A DNA stretch of 32,000 nt from Aquifex aeolicus VF5 (GTDB taxonomy: Bacteria > Aquificota > Aquificia > Aquificales > Aquificaceae), in NCBI RefSeq assembly GCF_000008625.1, contig NC_000918.1:390001-422000 (forward strand). Direction: 5' to 3'. The notes under the pieces were generated by a model. It was not told the origin of the DNA, searched no databases, and saw nothing but the letters and a program-made list of their open reading frames with translations. Every line of letters begins with the position of its first letter. Position 1 is the first letter of the stretch. Shown here one piece after another: positions 1 through 9,423 of this stretch. A program made the translations under genes and the position numbers.

Positions 1-935
1 GAGTAGTCCATGGGAATGTCGAGTTCTTCCGAGGAAAAGCAGTCAAGAGCCCCGGAAAATACAGCCTTCACCTTTTTGTTTCCGAGGGTTCCGCCCGCAT
101 ACTTGAATATGACTTCCCTGAGTGTTGTGTTCATGGGAAGCTCGTAAACCCCGGGTTTTTTCACCTTACCGCTTACGGGAAAGAGTTTTGGTCCAGCGTA
201 GTCACTCGGGCCTATGTACCTGTACTCCTCCCAGCCCATGGAAATTATAAAGGGAACGTTAGCTATGGTTTCTACGTTGTTCACTACCGTCGGTTTTCCC
301 CAGAGTCCCTTCTGGACGGGGTATGGGGGTTTTAACCTCGGGTGTCCCCTTTTACCCTCAAGGCTTTCTATCAGAGCGGTTTCCTCACCGCATATGTAGG
401 CACCCGCACCCCTTGCCACGTATATCTCAAGGTCAAATCCCGAACCCAAGATGTTCTTTCCTAAAAATCCCTTCTTTTTCGCCTCCTCTATTGCATCCCT
501 CAGTATGTAATAGCCCGCGGGGTACTCTCCCCTTATGTATATGTATGCTTCGTTTGCCCCAATCGCATAGGAGGATATGATTATTCCCTCTATCAGGAGG
601 TGGGGATCCCTCTCTATTATTATCCTGTCCTTAAAGGTTCCCGGTTCTGACTCGTCCGCGTTGCATATAAAGTACCTGGGTCCGGGGTTCTGAACCGCGA
701 ATTTCCACTTCTTCCCGGTTGGGAATCCTGCTCCTCCTCTACCCCGCAGCGTACTTTTGTCAACCCAGTCTATGATTTCCTCGGGGGACATGTTCAGGGC
801 TTTTTCTAAAGCCTGGTATCCCCCATCTTTTAAGTACTCATCTATGGAATGAACTCTGGGCTTTTTAGCCCTCTTGAGGAGCATATTAAGGGTAGTTTCA
901 GCGTAAATCCTAGGTATAGCGGGATAGGATCTCAT
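1..935 (-). CDS. nuoF: NADH-quinone oxidoreductase subunit F (NuoF), 3' end outside window
   Basis: Manual minus-strand translation from ATG at 935: MRSYPAIPRIYAETTLNMLLKRAKKPRVHS...STLRGRGGAGFPTGKKW...YFICNADESEPGTFKDR...YIYIRGEY...GAGAYICGEETALIESLEGKRGHPRLKPPYPVQKGLWGKPTVVNNVETI, which contains the FMN/NADH-binding motifs. It is absent from the ORF track, presumably because it has no stop inside the window. Confidence 0.95.
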   Translation of the reverse strand, partial: MRSYPAIPRIYAETTLNMLLKRAKKPRVHSIDEYLKDGGYQALEKALNMSPEEIIDWVDKSTLRGRGGAGFPTGKKWKFAVQNPGPRYFICNADESEPGTFKDRIIIERDPHLLIEGIIISSYAIGANEAYIYIRGEYPAGYYILRDAIEEAKKKGFLGKNILGSGFDLEIYVARGAGAYICGEETALIESLEGKRGHPRLKPPYPVQKGLWGKPTVVNNVETIANVPFIISMGWEEYRYIGPSDYAGPKLFPVSGKVKKPGVYELPMNTTLREVIFKYAGGTLGNKKVKAVFSGALDCFSSEELDIPMDY

Positions 936-1392
936 TTAACTGCACCTCGCTTTCAAATTTATACTCATCATCGTTTACCATAAACACGGGAGCTTCCGAG
1001 CAAGCTCCCAGACACTGAACGGGAACTATCTTAAACTTACCGTCGGGGGTAACTTCCCCTGGTTTTATACCGAGGATATTCTCAAGAGCTTTCAAAAGTT
1101 TATTCGTTCCCATAAGGTGGCACACTATGCTCACGCAAACCCTTATCCTGTACTTTGCCTTGTCCTCCCTGTCAAACATATCGTAAAAGGCAACAACTCC
1201 TTCCACGTGGTTTAGGGGAAGTTCCAGCATGTCCGCCAAGGGCTTTAGGCTCTCGGGAGGTATGTATCCGTAGTAATTTTGTATTTCGTGAAGACACAGA
1301 AGTATAGCCTGTCTCTTTTTGGGAAAGTAATTTATGTGTTCCTGGAGCTTAGTTTTCAGCTCTTCGGGAAATTCAAACTCCGTTTTAAACAT
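910..1392 (-). CDS. nuoE: NADH-quinone oxidoreductase subunit E (NuoE, 24 kDa 2Fe-2S subunit)
   Basis: 160-aa ORF with the thioredoxin-like 2Fe-2S Cys pattern (VCVSIVCHLMG ... VQCLGACSEAPVFMVND). Immediately upstream of nuoF. Confidence 0.95.
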   Translation of the reverse strand: MFKTEFEFPEELKTKLQEHINYFPKKRQAILLCLHEIQNYYGYIPPESLKPLADMLELPLNHVEGVVAFYDMFDREDKAKYRIRVCVSIVCHLMGTNKLLKALENILGIKPGEVTPDGKFKIVPVQCLGACSEAPVFMVNDDEYKFESEVQLNEILSRYT

Positions 1393-1411
1393 AGTTAATA
1401 ATTTTAAAAAA

Positions 1412-2047
1412 CTAATCCGTTTTTACAATTAAAAACACCATCTCCTTCCTACCACCTTTCTGGCGAGCCATATTTTTGAGCCTTTCCGCCCCCTTTTCCA
1501 AATCGCAACACGAAAGTGCCTCTTCTATCTCTCCTTCGCTTAAAACTTCCACAAACCCGTCGGAGGCAAGCAGGAACAGGTCCCCCTCCTCGTAGTGCGA
1601 TGAAAAGGTGTAAACTTCAGGGTTCCACTCAAGCCCAAGAACTTTAACCACTTTTTTGTTTCCCTTTATCTTCACCTGGTCCTCCGTTAGCCTGTACAGT
1701 CTTCCCTTCCTGAAGAGGTATATCCTTGAGTCCCCCACGTGTCCTATGTAAAAGTTCCTTTCGTTGAAGGAAAGGAGGCTTAGCGTAGTTCCCGAAAGCA
1801 CACTATCCTCAAGTTTTCCCAGTTCCTTTATTAGTTCCCTGTTAATCTTTGAAAAGTTCTCCCTTATTTTCTCTTCCGAATTGTAGGGCTTGAATTTTGG
1901 TATTAAATCCACCGCTTTTTCAGCGGCAGCGACCGCGCCTTTTCCTATGCCCATTCCGTCCGCAACAGCAAAAATTTCCCCGTCCGCCCAGAACCTGTCC
2001 GCGTAGGTTCTCCTGTCCGAGTAAACTATCCCGGAAACCCACTTCAA
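1412..2047 (-). CDS. PP2C-family Ser/Thr protein phosphatase
   Basis: 211-aa ORF with PP2C motifs: FAVADGMGIGKGA, GTTLSLLSF, YIGHVGDSRIYLFRKGRLYRLTEDQ, LLASDGFVEVLS. Confidence 0.9.
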   Translation of the reverse strand: MKWVSGIVYSDRRTYADRFWADGEIFAVADGMGIGKGAVAAAEKAVDLIPKFKPYNSEEKIRENFSKINRELIKELGKLEDSVLSGTTLSLLSFNERNFYIGHVGDSRIYLFRKGRLYRLTEDQVKIKGNKKVVKVLGLEWNPEVYTFSSHYEEGDLFLLASDGFVEVLSEGEIEEALSCCDLEKGAERLKNMARQKGGRKEMVFLIVKTD

Positions 2048-2859
2048 ATCAAGCCCTCCTTAACCATGTACTCTTTCAGTTCTCTTGCGGTTCTGAACCT
2101 CCTTTTGTAATCCACTTCCAGCATTCTCTCCAGTAAATCCTTTAGTTTACCCGGAATTTCCTCGGGAATCTCAACCTCTCCCCTTTTGTTCTTTTCCTTT
2201 CTCTCTTTAAAATCTTTCCCTTCGAAGGGAACCTTGCCCGTTAGCATGTAAAGGGTTAGACACCCGAGAGAGTATATATCGCTGCTCCTGTGAATTTCTC
2301 CCCTGAAAATTTCGGGAGCTATAAAACCGATAGTTCCTTTCACATCTATTATAGAAACGTCGCCCCTTATCCTGACTAGGCTAAAGTCTCCGAGCTTCCA
2401 CAAAACTCCACCCAGAACCCTTTTACCGAATACGTTCTCCGGCTTGAGGTCGCTGTGGATGTATCCCCTTGAGTGGAGGTATTCAAGGGCGTTAACGACG
2501 TGCCTTAAAACTTTCAGGGCTTCCTCAGGGGAGAGCTTCCCCTTTTTCTCCACGTAATCTTTTAACGTCCCGAAGTCCATGTACTCGTATATGAGGTAGA
2601 GTTCCTTTTTATCCTTTTTGTAGAGATAACTCTGAAGGGAAACTATGTTCTGGTGGTGAAAGAGGATTAAGGTCTGGGCTTCCTTCCAGAGGTAGTGAAC
2701 CGAGTAAGGGTTGGAAGCTACCTTCAGGGCAAAGACTTTTCCTTTATACCTCCCTTTCAGAGCTTCAACCTTGTAAACTTTCCCGAAATTCCCTTCTCCT
2801 AGCTTTTCCAGAACCTTGTAGTAACCGAGTATAAGGTCTCCCGATTTAAAGTCTTCCAT
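2044..2859 (-). CDS. Hanks-type Ser/Thr protein kinase
   Basis: 271-aa ORF: LGEGNFGKVYKV, ALKVA, GYIHSDLKPENVFG, WKLGDFSLVRI, GTIGFIAPEI, DIYSLGCLTLYMLTGKVPF. Overlaps the PP2C gene by 4 bp. Confidence 0.93.
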   Translation of the reverse strand: MEDFKSGDLILGYYKVLEKLGEGNFGKVYKVEALKGRYKGKVFALKVASNPYSVHYLWKEAQTLILFHHQNIVSLQSYLYKKDKKELYLIYEYMDFGTLKDYVEKKGKLSPEEALKVLRHVVNALEYLHSRGYIHSDLKPENVFGKRVLGGVLWKLGDFSLVRIRGDVSIIDVKGTIGFIAPEIFRGEIHRSSDIYSLGCLTLYMLTGKVPFEGKDFKERKEKNKRGEVEIPEEIPGKLKDLLERMLEVDYKRRFRTARELKEYMVKEGLI

Positions 2860-2889
2860 AGGCTTTTTAATTTAAAATGTTTCTAACTC

Positions 2890-3504
2890 ATGGTAGAAGT
2901 CTTAAGGAGCTCCACGTTTCTTCTTTTAAGAAACTGGGAGTTTACCTTAGCTTGGATAGTCTTCTTTACAATTCCCCTAGTTATCACTCCTCTCCCATAC
3001 GTGGGTTTCTTAGCCTTCTTCTTTATACTTCTTTTCTTTAACTCTACGACACAGTACTTCGTGAAAGTTCTCTCTAAAAATGAAAAAAGCTTAGAGATAA
3101 AAGAGATTTTCAAAATTAAGAAACCCGTTTTTAGTTTTTCCCTCGGAGAGAGTGTTTACCTTTTTTTCACCGCCCTCCTTTACTACCTCTTTACAAAGTT
3201 CTACGCGGTTTTGTTTTTCTGGTGGTGGTTTTACAAGCCTTTCCTTGAAAAAGAACTCTACTACGCCAGAACCTTTGAGGACGGCTTTAAGGCACTCCTT
3301 ATACTCCTTCTAAGGCCAAACTGGAAGTACATAAAACTGGGTCTTCGCTGGAGCTTTATAGGTCTGGTTTTATTAACGATAGCTGTTTTACTGGTTCTTT
3401 CTATTGCTGGAGTCCTGCTCGCCTCTTTTGTTGTACTCCTTCTTTCCGTAGTCCTTGCGCACTTTACCGCGGAGACTATACTCAGGATAAAGACATTAGC
3501 TTAA
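2890..3504 (+). CDS. Hypothetical multi-pass membrane protein
   Basis: 204-aa ORF with several hydrophobic segments (FTLAWIVFFTIPLVITPLPYVGFLAFFFILLFF; SFIGLVLLTIAVLLVLSIAGVLLASFVVLLLSVVLAHF). Confidence 0.7.
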   Translation: MVEVLRSSTFLLLRNWEFTLAWIVFFTIPLVITPLPYVGFLAFFFILLFFNSTTQYFVKVLSKNEKSLEIKEIFKIKKPVFSFSLGESVYLFFTALLYYLFTKFYAVLFFWWWFYKPFLEKELYYARTFEDGFKALLILLLRPNWKYIKLGLRWSFIGLVLLTIAVLLVLSIAGVLLASFVVLLLSVVLAHFTAETILRIKTLA

Positions 3505-4074
3505 GACTTTCCTTATTTCCTTTATTACTTCTTCCGGATTTTCCTTATACCTCTTTCCCAGCTCTATTGCCTCCTCCTGAGATAGAAAGCCTTCCCTCTT
3601 CAGGAGTTGCAGGAACTGCCTCACGTTGGAAGGATTTTTCTTGAACGTTCCCCTGTCAAAGTCTATAACGAATACTTCTCCTTTATCGCCCACGAGGACG
3701 TTTTTGTATATGTTGGAGAACTCGTCCCTGTTTATTCCCATTCTGTCCAGGAGGTAAGCCTTTTCCAGAACCTCCTTGAGAAGTCTCTTTTTCTCTTCTT
3801 CACCGATCTTTAACTTCCCGAAGGGCTTTCCCTCTATGAATTCGTAAACGAAGAAGTCCTCGCCTTTGAAGAGTATCTGAGGAAAACCTTTAAGCCCTTT
3901 CAATTTTTCCAGTATTTCAGCTTCTTTCTGTATCGCCTTCACTTTATCCGGAGCTTTTGCCACTTTTATGGCAACCTTTTTACCCCTCCAGTATCCCGTG
4001 TAAACCTTTCCCCTCCAACCTTCTGCGAGCTCCTGTAAGTTTTGAACTTCCTTTATAAATTCTGAGAACTTCAT
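3496..4074 (-). CDS. Small protein kinase-like protein, resembling archaeal/RIO-like predicted Ser/Thr kinases (COG2112-like)
   Basis: 192-aa ORF: GWRGKVYTGYWRGKKVAIKVA, FPQILFKGEDFFVYEFIEG, GINRDEFSNIYKNVLV, VFVIDFDRGTF. Confidence 0.7.
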   Translation of the reverse strand: MKFSEFIKEVQNLQELAEGWRGKVYTGYWRGKKVAIKVAKAPDKVKAIQKEAEILEKLKGLKGFPQILFKGEDFFVYEFIEGKPFGKLKIGEEEKKRLLKEVLEKAYLLDRMGINRDEFSNIYKNVLVGDKGEVFVIDFDRGTFKKNPSNVRQFLQLLKREGFLSQEEAIELGKRYKENPEEVIKEIRKVLS

Positions 4075-4091
4075 ACCTTATATTTAATAGA

Positions 4092-4601
4092 ATGGTCAGA
4101 GACATAGTAATTTACCCCAACGAAATCTTGAAGAAACCGACCGAAAAAGTTGACGTAATAGATAAAGAGGTTAAGAACCTCATAAGGGATATGTTCGATA
4201 CCATGTACGAAGCGGAAGGTGTGGGACTCGCCGCAAACCAGATAGGTGTTCCCTTGAGCGTTATGGTCATAGATACCTCACCCAAAGAAGACGCCCCTCC
4301 CCTCAAGCTCGTACTCATAAACCCCGAAATAAAGGAAGGAGAGGGAAAGATTAAGTACAAGGAGGGATGTCTTTCCTTTCCGGGCCTCAGCGTTGAGGTA
4401 GAGCGTTTTCAAAAGGTAAAGGTAAACGCTTTAAACGAACACGGAGAACCCGTTGAGTTAACTCTGGAGGGATTTCCAGCGATAGTTTTCCAGCACGAGC
4501 TTGACCACCTGAAGGGCATAACTTTTGTGGACAGACTCAAGGGCTGGCGAAGGAGAATGGCACTCGAGAAGTACCAGAAACTCCTCAAGTCCAGAAAATG
4601 A
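4092..4601 (+). CDS. def: Peptide deformylase
   Basis: Hallmark motifs GVGLAANQIGVPL, EGCLSFPG and QHELDHLKG. Confidence 0.97.
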   Translation: MVRDIVIYPNEILKKPTEKVDVIDKEVKNLIRDMFDTMYEAEGVGLAANQIGVPLSVMVIDTSPKEDAPPLKLVLINPEIKEGEGKIKYKEGCLSFPGLSVEVERFQKVKVNALNEHGEPVELTLEGFPAIVFQHELDHLKGITFVDRLKGWRRRMALEKYQKLLKSRK

Positions 4602-5125
4602 GCACAAAGGAAATCATATGCACCCTTAAAGGGCAGTTTTTCCTCTCCCCGAGGGAAGAGAAGTTTTTAAGACTTCTGGAGGAAATGGGCATACCAGAGG
4701 AAGATATACAGGAAGGCATAAGGGAGTGTTTAAAGAGCGTAAGTCCTAAAAAGAGGAAGAACTTTCCCCTATTTAAGTGTTTTTCAAAAATTCTGGAAGT
4801 TAACAAAGTAAGAGCCCTTGAGCGAGGAAAAAGGGAACATTTAGACTGGAAAAGAGTTTTTGAGAGGAAGGTATCGGTTGTAAAACACCTTCTGGATTTC
4901 AATTACACCGAACCCAAAACTGAAGAGGAGGCTGAAAAGACACTCCAGGAAATAGAAAGGAAGATATTTAAGAAACTCTGGGAAAACTTGGACAAAGAAC
5001 GGAAGAGAGAAATATACAACAAGTATAAGGAAGTAAAGGAAGACGAAGAACTGTTTAAGGAACTAATAAAACACGAATTGAGGAAGATTTTTCAGATTCC
5101 CGTGCTTTCCCTGTACGTGGATTGA
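4598..5125 (+). CDS. Hypothetical charged helical protein
   Basis: 175-aa ORF overlapping def by 4 bp, co-directional. No family recognised. Confidence 0.6.
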   Translation: MSTKEIICTLKGQFFLSPREEKFLRLLEEMGIPEEDIQEGIRECLKSVSPKKRKNFPLFKCFSKILEVNKVRALERGKREHLDWKRVFERKVSVVKHLLDFNYTEPKTEEEAEKTLQEIERKIFKKLWENLDKERKREIYNKYKEVKEDEELFKELIKHELRKIFQIPVLSLYVD

Positions 5126-6610
5126 TTACTCTTCTTGGCTTTCCTCTGCAATTTCTATTGCCTTCATGAGCGCTTTTGCCTTGTTTACGGTCTCTTCCCA
5201 CTCCTTTTCAGGAACGGAGTCCGCCACTATTCCCGCTCCAGCTTGGACGAATATATCCCTGTCCCTGTAAACTGCAGTCCTTATGGCTATCGCCATGTCC
5301 ATGTTCCCCTGAAAGGATATATAACCTACACTGCCCGCGTATATTCCTCTCCTTTCGTTTTCAAGTTCCTCTATTATCTGCATAGCCCTTACCTTGGGAG
5401 CTCCAGAAACAGTTCCCGCAGGAAAGGTAGCCTTCAAGACGTCTAGAGCGTCGTAGCCTTCTCTTAACTCTCCCACAACGTCGCTCACTATGTGCATAAC
5501 ATGGGAGTAGCGTTCTATCCGCATAAAGTTTTCAACTCTCACACTTCCGGTTTTTGCAACCCTCCCTATGTCGTTTCTCGCAAGGTCAACAAGCATTAAG
5601 TGTTCCGCCCTCTCCTTCTCGTCCGAAAGTAGATCCTCTTCCAGTCTTTTATCTTCTTCTTCCGTTCTTCCCCTCTTTCTCGTCCCCGCTATAGGTCTCG
5701 TTTCAATCCTTCCCTCTTCCAGTCTCACGAGGATTTCGGGAGAAGAGCCTATGACTTTTAACTGATCAAAATCGAGGTAGTACATATAGGGAGAAGGATT
5801 TAAGAACCTGAGAACTCTGTAAATGTTGTCGGGATTACCCTTAAACCTCTTTCTGAATCTTTGAGAAAGAACTACCTGTATCACATCCCCCTGCGCTATG
5901 TACTCCTTTGCCTTTTTGACTATATCCTCAAATTCCTCTTTTGTGAAGTTAGAACGCCAGTTTTTGAAATCCGGTTCTTTCTCTACAACGTTTAAAAAAG
6001 TAGTTCCCCTTTCCTTTAGTTTTTTCACGGTATCCCTTATTAAGTTTTTAGCCCTTTCGTACTCTTCCTCAATTCCGTTTTGTGCGAAGATGGGAACAAC
6101 GACCTTTATTTTTCCCGTAAGGTTGTCGTGGATAACCACAACGTCCGTAAGCACGAGGTATATATCGTAAGTGTGAATCGGATCGGGATTTTTGTCTTCC
6201 ACAGGTTCGTAGAACTTCACCACGTCGTAGGCAAAGTAACCAACTAACCCTCCCCAGAACCTAGGCAATCTTTCATCATGATAAGGTATGAACTTCTTTA
6301 CAACTTCCTTAATCTTTGAAAGAGGATCCTTCGTTTCAAAGAAATTGACCTTTCCCCTTTCGTAAATCTCTCCGATATCTTTTCTCGTTCTCAGGTAAAA
6401 GGAAGATCCCGTGATTATAAAGGAGTACCTTCCCCACTTCTCACCGCCCTCCGCACTTTCCAGTAAGATGTTGAACTGTCCTTTTTCCTTTAACTTGAGG
6501 AAAATAGAAAGAGGAGTTTCAGTATCCACCAGAAGTTCCGTATATAAGGGAATAACGTTGTAATTCTCTGATAGTTTTCTTACTTCCTCAAGGCTGAGGT
6601 TTAAATTCAT
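5126..6610 (-). CDS. trpE: Anthranilate synthase component I
   Basis: 494-aa ORF: [24 protein letters not shown]-type region ([11 protein letters not shown]), [62 protein letters not shown]. Confidence 0.95.
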   Translation of the reverse strand: MNLNLSLEEVRKLSENYNVIPLYTELLVDTETPLSIFLKLKEKGQFNILLESAEGGEKWGRYSFIITGSSFYLRTRKDIGEIYERGKVNFFETKDPLSKIKEVVKKFIPYHDERLPRFWGGLVGYFAYDVVKFYEPVEDKNPDPIHTYDIYLVLTDVVVIHDNLTGKIKVVVPIFAQNGIEEEYERAKNLIRDTVKKLKERGTTFLNVVEKEPDFKNWRSNFTKEEFEDIVKKAKEYIAQGDVIQVVLSQRFRKRFKGNPDNIYRVLRFLNPSPYMYYLDFDQLKVIGSSPEILVRLEEGRIETRPIAGTRKRGRTEEEDKRLEEDLLSDEKERAEHLMLVDLARNDIGRVAKTGSVRVENFMRIERYSHVMHIVSDVVGELREGYDALDVLKATFPAGTVSGAPKVRAMQIIEELENERRGIYAGSVGYISFQGNMDMAIAIRTAVYRDRDIFVQAGAGIVADSVPEKEWEETVNKAKALMKAIEIAEESQEE

Positions 6611-6630
6611 ACAAAAAATTTTAAAATTTA

Positions 6631-7309
6631 ATGGAGAGGGGACTATGGAAAATTCTTTGAATGGTTTAATGAAAGGACTCAGAGGGAAAAAATACTACTT
6701 ATAATTATCCCGTTAGTTTTTGCCTTCGTTTTATGGCTGAACTTCATACAACCTCTTTTAAGCGAAAAGAGAAAACTGGAAGAGGAGCTTGAAAACTTAA
6801 GGGCAACACAATTCCTGATTGCGAAGAAGCTTGCTCTGGAGAAGAAGATAAAAGAGCTTGAAGCACAAATTGAGACTAAGGATTTATCTCTTGAGGAATT
6901 ACTAAATATAGCGAATAAGTATGGAATTTTTATTACAAAGTTCGAAGAAGTTAGTCCAAGGGGAATATCCGTACAGAAAAGAGGCAAAAAGGTTGTATTC
7001 TATAAAGGCAGAAAAAAGAAAAATAAAAGGGGTATTAATGTGGAATTTACAATATATAACTTGAATATATTAGCCCCAGAGGAAAAAGTAAAGTCGTTTA
7101 TAGAACATATATACACTAACTACCCGGCAGTATTGACAGGTTTCTATAAAGGATGTTTAGGAGAAAAGGAAGCTTTGAGAAGAATATCTGTTCCCTTAGC
7201 GTGTAATACTGGAAGAGATTACGAAAATATAATCTGTAAAGATGCTGATTTAAGTGGCTACGTTTATTTACTGAACCTTGTAACTATAAATGTGGAGGGG
7301 AAGAAATGA
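6631..7309 (+). CDS. PilO/GspM-like bitopic membrane protein. The ORF track gives only the C-terminal part, from GTG 7040.
   Basis: The frame is open from about 6634 to 7309 with an N-terminal TM segment and coiled coil: EWFNERTQREKILLIIIPLVFAFVLWLNFIQPLLSEKRKLEEELENLRATQF...VEFTIYNLNILAPEEKVKSFIEHIYTN. The only nearby ATG (6631) is one base out of frame. The gene abuts a secretin gene. Confidence 0.6.
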
Positions 7310-9423
7310 AGGTTATGCACATATTATTCTTGATTATATTGGCTTTTGCCTTTGCTGAAGATACAATACCCATAAAAAATATCACGGGAAGTGGAAGTAT
7401 AAGTGTTTATAAAGATGGAAAAGTTTTTCACTATAAAATACTTGAGTATTTTGATGAAAGAAAGAAAACTCTTAAAGCATACGTTGTACGTGAGAGTATT
7501 GAAGAAAAAAAATTACACTATGGTAATTTTACTATTATCAATGCCGATTTTCAAAACTTAAAGTTAGCAACTATTTTAATTTCTCTGTCAAAAATAGCTA
7601 ATTTAAACATAGTATTCAGTAAAGAGCTTTGGAAAAGTAGACAAGAAAAGTTCGAACCATCGAAAGAATATAGGGAAGAAGAAGGTTCTTTACTACGGAA
7701 AGAAAAAGGTTTTTTACTCCAATTTTCTACACTTCCAAGAAAAGTAAAAGTAACAAGAAAAGAACCTGTACAGGAAAAGGAAGAATACAGAATCCCTTCT
7801 TATCTTCTACATAATGTCTCGCTAATTATTAACTCCCCTACGCCGGGTTATACACTTTTTACTCTTTTTGATACTTTATTACGGGAATACGATCTTATCG
7901 CTGTAAAGCTTTCAAATAATCTAATAAAAATATCAAAAAAGGAAACATTAGCATTTGATGTAGAAGGTGTTGACCAATCTTCTATTAATAAACTGATTTC
8001 GAAGATAAAGCAATATACTTCTCCTTCGGCGAAAGTCTTATACGACAAGGATTTGGGAAAAATCATGGTCATTGATATGGCAGAAAACATAGAAAAGCTA
8101 AGAGATTTGAGAGTAGATTTAATAGAACTTTTAATGTCTAGGGAAACTACCCCAGGTGAAAAGGAAAAGTCCAAGGAAACTACCCCACGTGAAATTGAAA
8201 CTAAGGTTTTTTACTTCAAGAATAAAAGAGATTTAGAAATAGCCTTAAGTAGATTGAAGGAAAATTTTTCGGGAGAAGTAATCCTAAATATAGACAAAGA
8301 CTTTAATGCCATTATAGTAACAAGTAATAGATCGGTAATAAAATCTGTCGGCACTCTGCTTAAAGATTTGACGGAAAGTATCGATAAAGCTTATTTGATT
8401 ACCAAGATTTTCTATGTTAGATATATTTCCCCTTACGAACTTAAAAAGAAAATAGAACCTATGCTTTCCGAGGTTGGAGAAGTATACACGTTGAGCGTTT
8501 CGAACACAGATGAAAAGAAAGAATTAATAAGCTATAAAAATACTCCTCCAGCTACCGCTTTTAACGAAGGAACTTTGGAGAAAGAAAAAGCATTTTTTGT
8601 TCCGTTTAACAACGCAATTCTCATAAAGGATTACCCTGAAAGGATAGAAAAAATCAGAGAAAAATTTAAAAAGTTTCTATCGGAAAAGCCTATAAAGATA
8701 AAGATAAGGGCAAAGCTCGTGGAAGTAGAAAAGAGCTTACTGAGGGAGCTTGGAATTTCATGGAGAACGGTATTTTCAAAAGCTTACATTCCAGAATTCT
8801 GGCAGGGAGAAACCGCATTCAGAACTGTTACTCCCGGACAACCACAAAGCGGTCTGCTAACATTTACCTTTCAGAGAAACAGATTGAACTTACTTGAATT
8901 TAAACTTCTCGCTTACGAACAAGAAGGAAGGGCAAAGAATGTTGCAGAGTCTTACGTAATTACGGTTAACGGAGAACCTGCTGTAATATCAAGCGGTTTG
9001 GAATTCCCGGTAACGGAGGTTTCACTTTCAGGAGGGATAGCAAATGTGGAGCCTAAGTACGAGAGCATCCCTATAGTACTTATAACCACTCCCGTAGTGC
9101 TTCCCGATGGAAACATACTTCTGAGTGTTTACTTGGCGAGAAGGCAGATAAATTCCGTTCAGGAGTTTCCGGTGACTCAGACTTTAACCCAAAAAATTCC
9201 TGTCTTTTCTACTTCACGGATAGACGTAAAGATACCTATTAAAAACGGTGAAACTGTAGTAATAGGTGGGGCTGTCGAAAAGTCAGATTCAATAACGGAA
9301 AGCGGAGTACCAAAACTCAGAGAGGTTCCGCTACTTGGCTGGCTCTTCAAAACGCAGACTAAACAACTCAGGGACAGGGAACTGTTAATCTTCATAACGC
9401 CGGAAATAATAGAGGAAGATTAA
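7306..9423 (+). CDS. Type II/IV secretion secretin (GspD/PilQ family)
   Basis: 705-aa ORF with signal peptide, NO-type repeats (VFYFKNKRDLEIALSRLKENF...) and a secretin core (RAKLVEVEKSLLRELGISW, SGLEFPVTEVS, VVLPDGNILLSVYLARRQ, ETVVIGGAVEKSDSITESGVPKLREVPLLGWLFKTQ, ELLIFITPEII). Confidence 0.92.
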   Translation: MKVMHILFLIILAFAFAEDTIPIKNITGSGSISVYKDGKVFHYKILEYFDERKKTLKAYVVRESIEEKKLHYGNFTIINADFQNLKLATILISLSKIANLNIVFSKELWKSRQEKFEPSKEYREEEGSLLRKEKGFLLQFSTLPRKVKVTRKEPVQEKEEYRIPSYLLHNVSLIINSPTPGYTLFTLFDTLLREYDLIAVKLSNNLIKISKKETLAFDVEGVDQSSINKLISKIKQYTSPSAKVLYDKDLGKIMVIDMAENIEKLRDLRVDLIELLMSRETTPGEKEKSKETTPREIETKVFYFKNKRDLEIALSRLKENFSGEVILNIDKDFNAIIVTSNRSVIKSVGTLLKDLTESIDKAYLITKIFYVRYISPYELKKKIEPMLSEVGEVYTLSVSNTDEKKELISYKNTPPATAFNEGTLEKEKAFFVPFNNAILIKDYPERIEKIREKFKKFLSEKPIKIKIRAKLVEVEKSLLRELGISWRTVFSKAYIPEFWQGETAFRTVTPGQPQSGLLTFTFQRNRLNLLEFKLLAYEQEGRAKNVAESYVITVNGEPAVISSGLEFPVTEVSLSGGIANVEPKYESIPIVLITTPVVLPDGNILLSVYLARRQINSVQEFPVTQTLTQKIPVFSTSRIDVKIPIKNGETVVIGGAVEKSDSITESGVPKLREVPLLGWLFKTQTKQLRDRELLIFITPEIIEED

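Noticed and set aside
323-580. Plus-strand ORFs of 61 and 85 aa near the window start
   Set aside because: Antisense to nuoF, whose minus-strand translation is continuous and highly conserved.
2883-3113. 76-aa minus-strand ORF overlapping the 5' end of the membrane-protein gene
   Set aside because: Opposite a longer, better-supported ORF. Basic, low-complexity composition typical of an antisense artefact.
6611-6660. Possible trp attenuator or leader peptide upstream of trpE
   Set aside because: Only about 20 bp separate trpE from the divergent gene. No Trp-rich leader ORF or terminator/antiterminator pair is visible.
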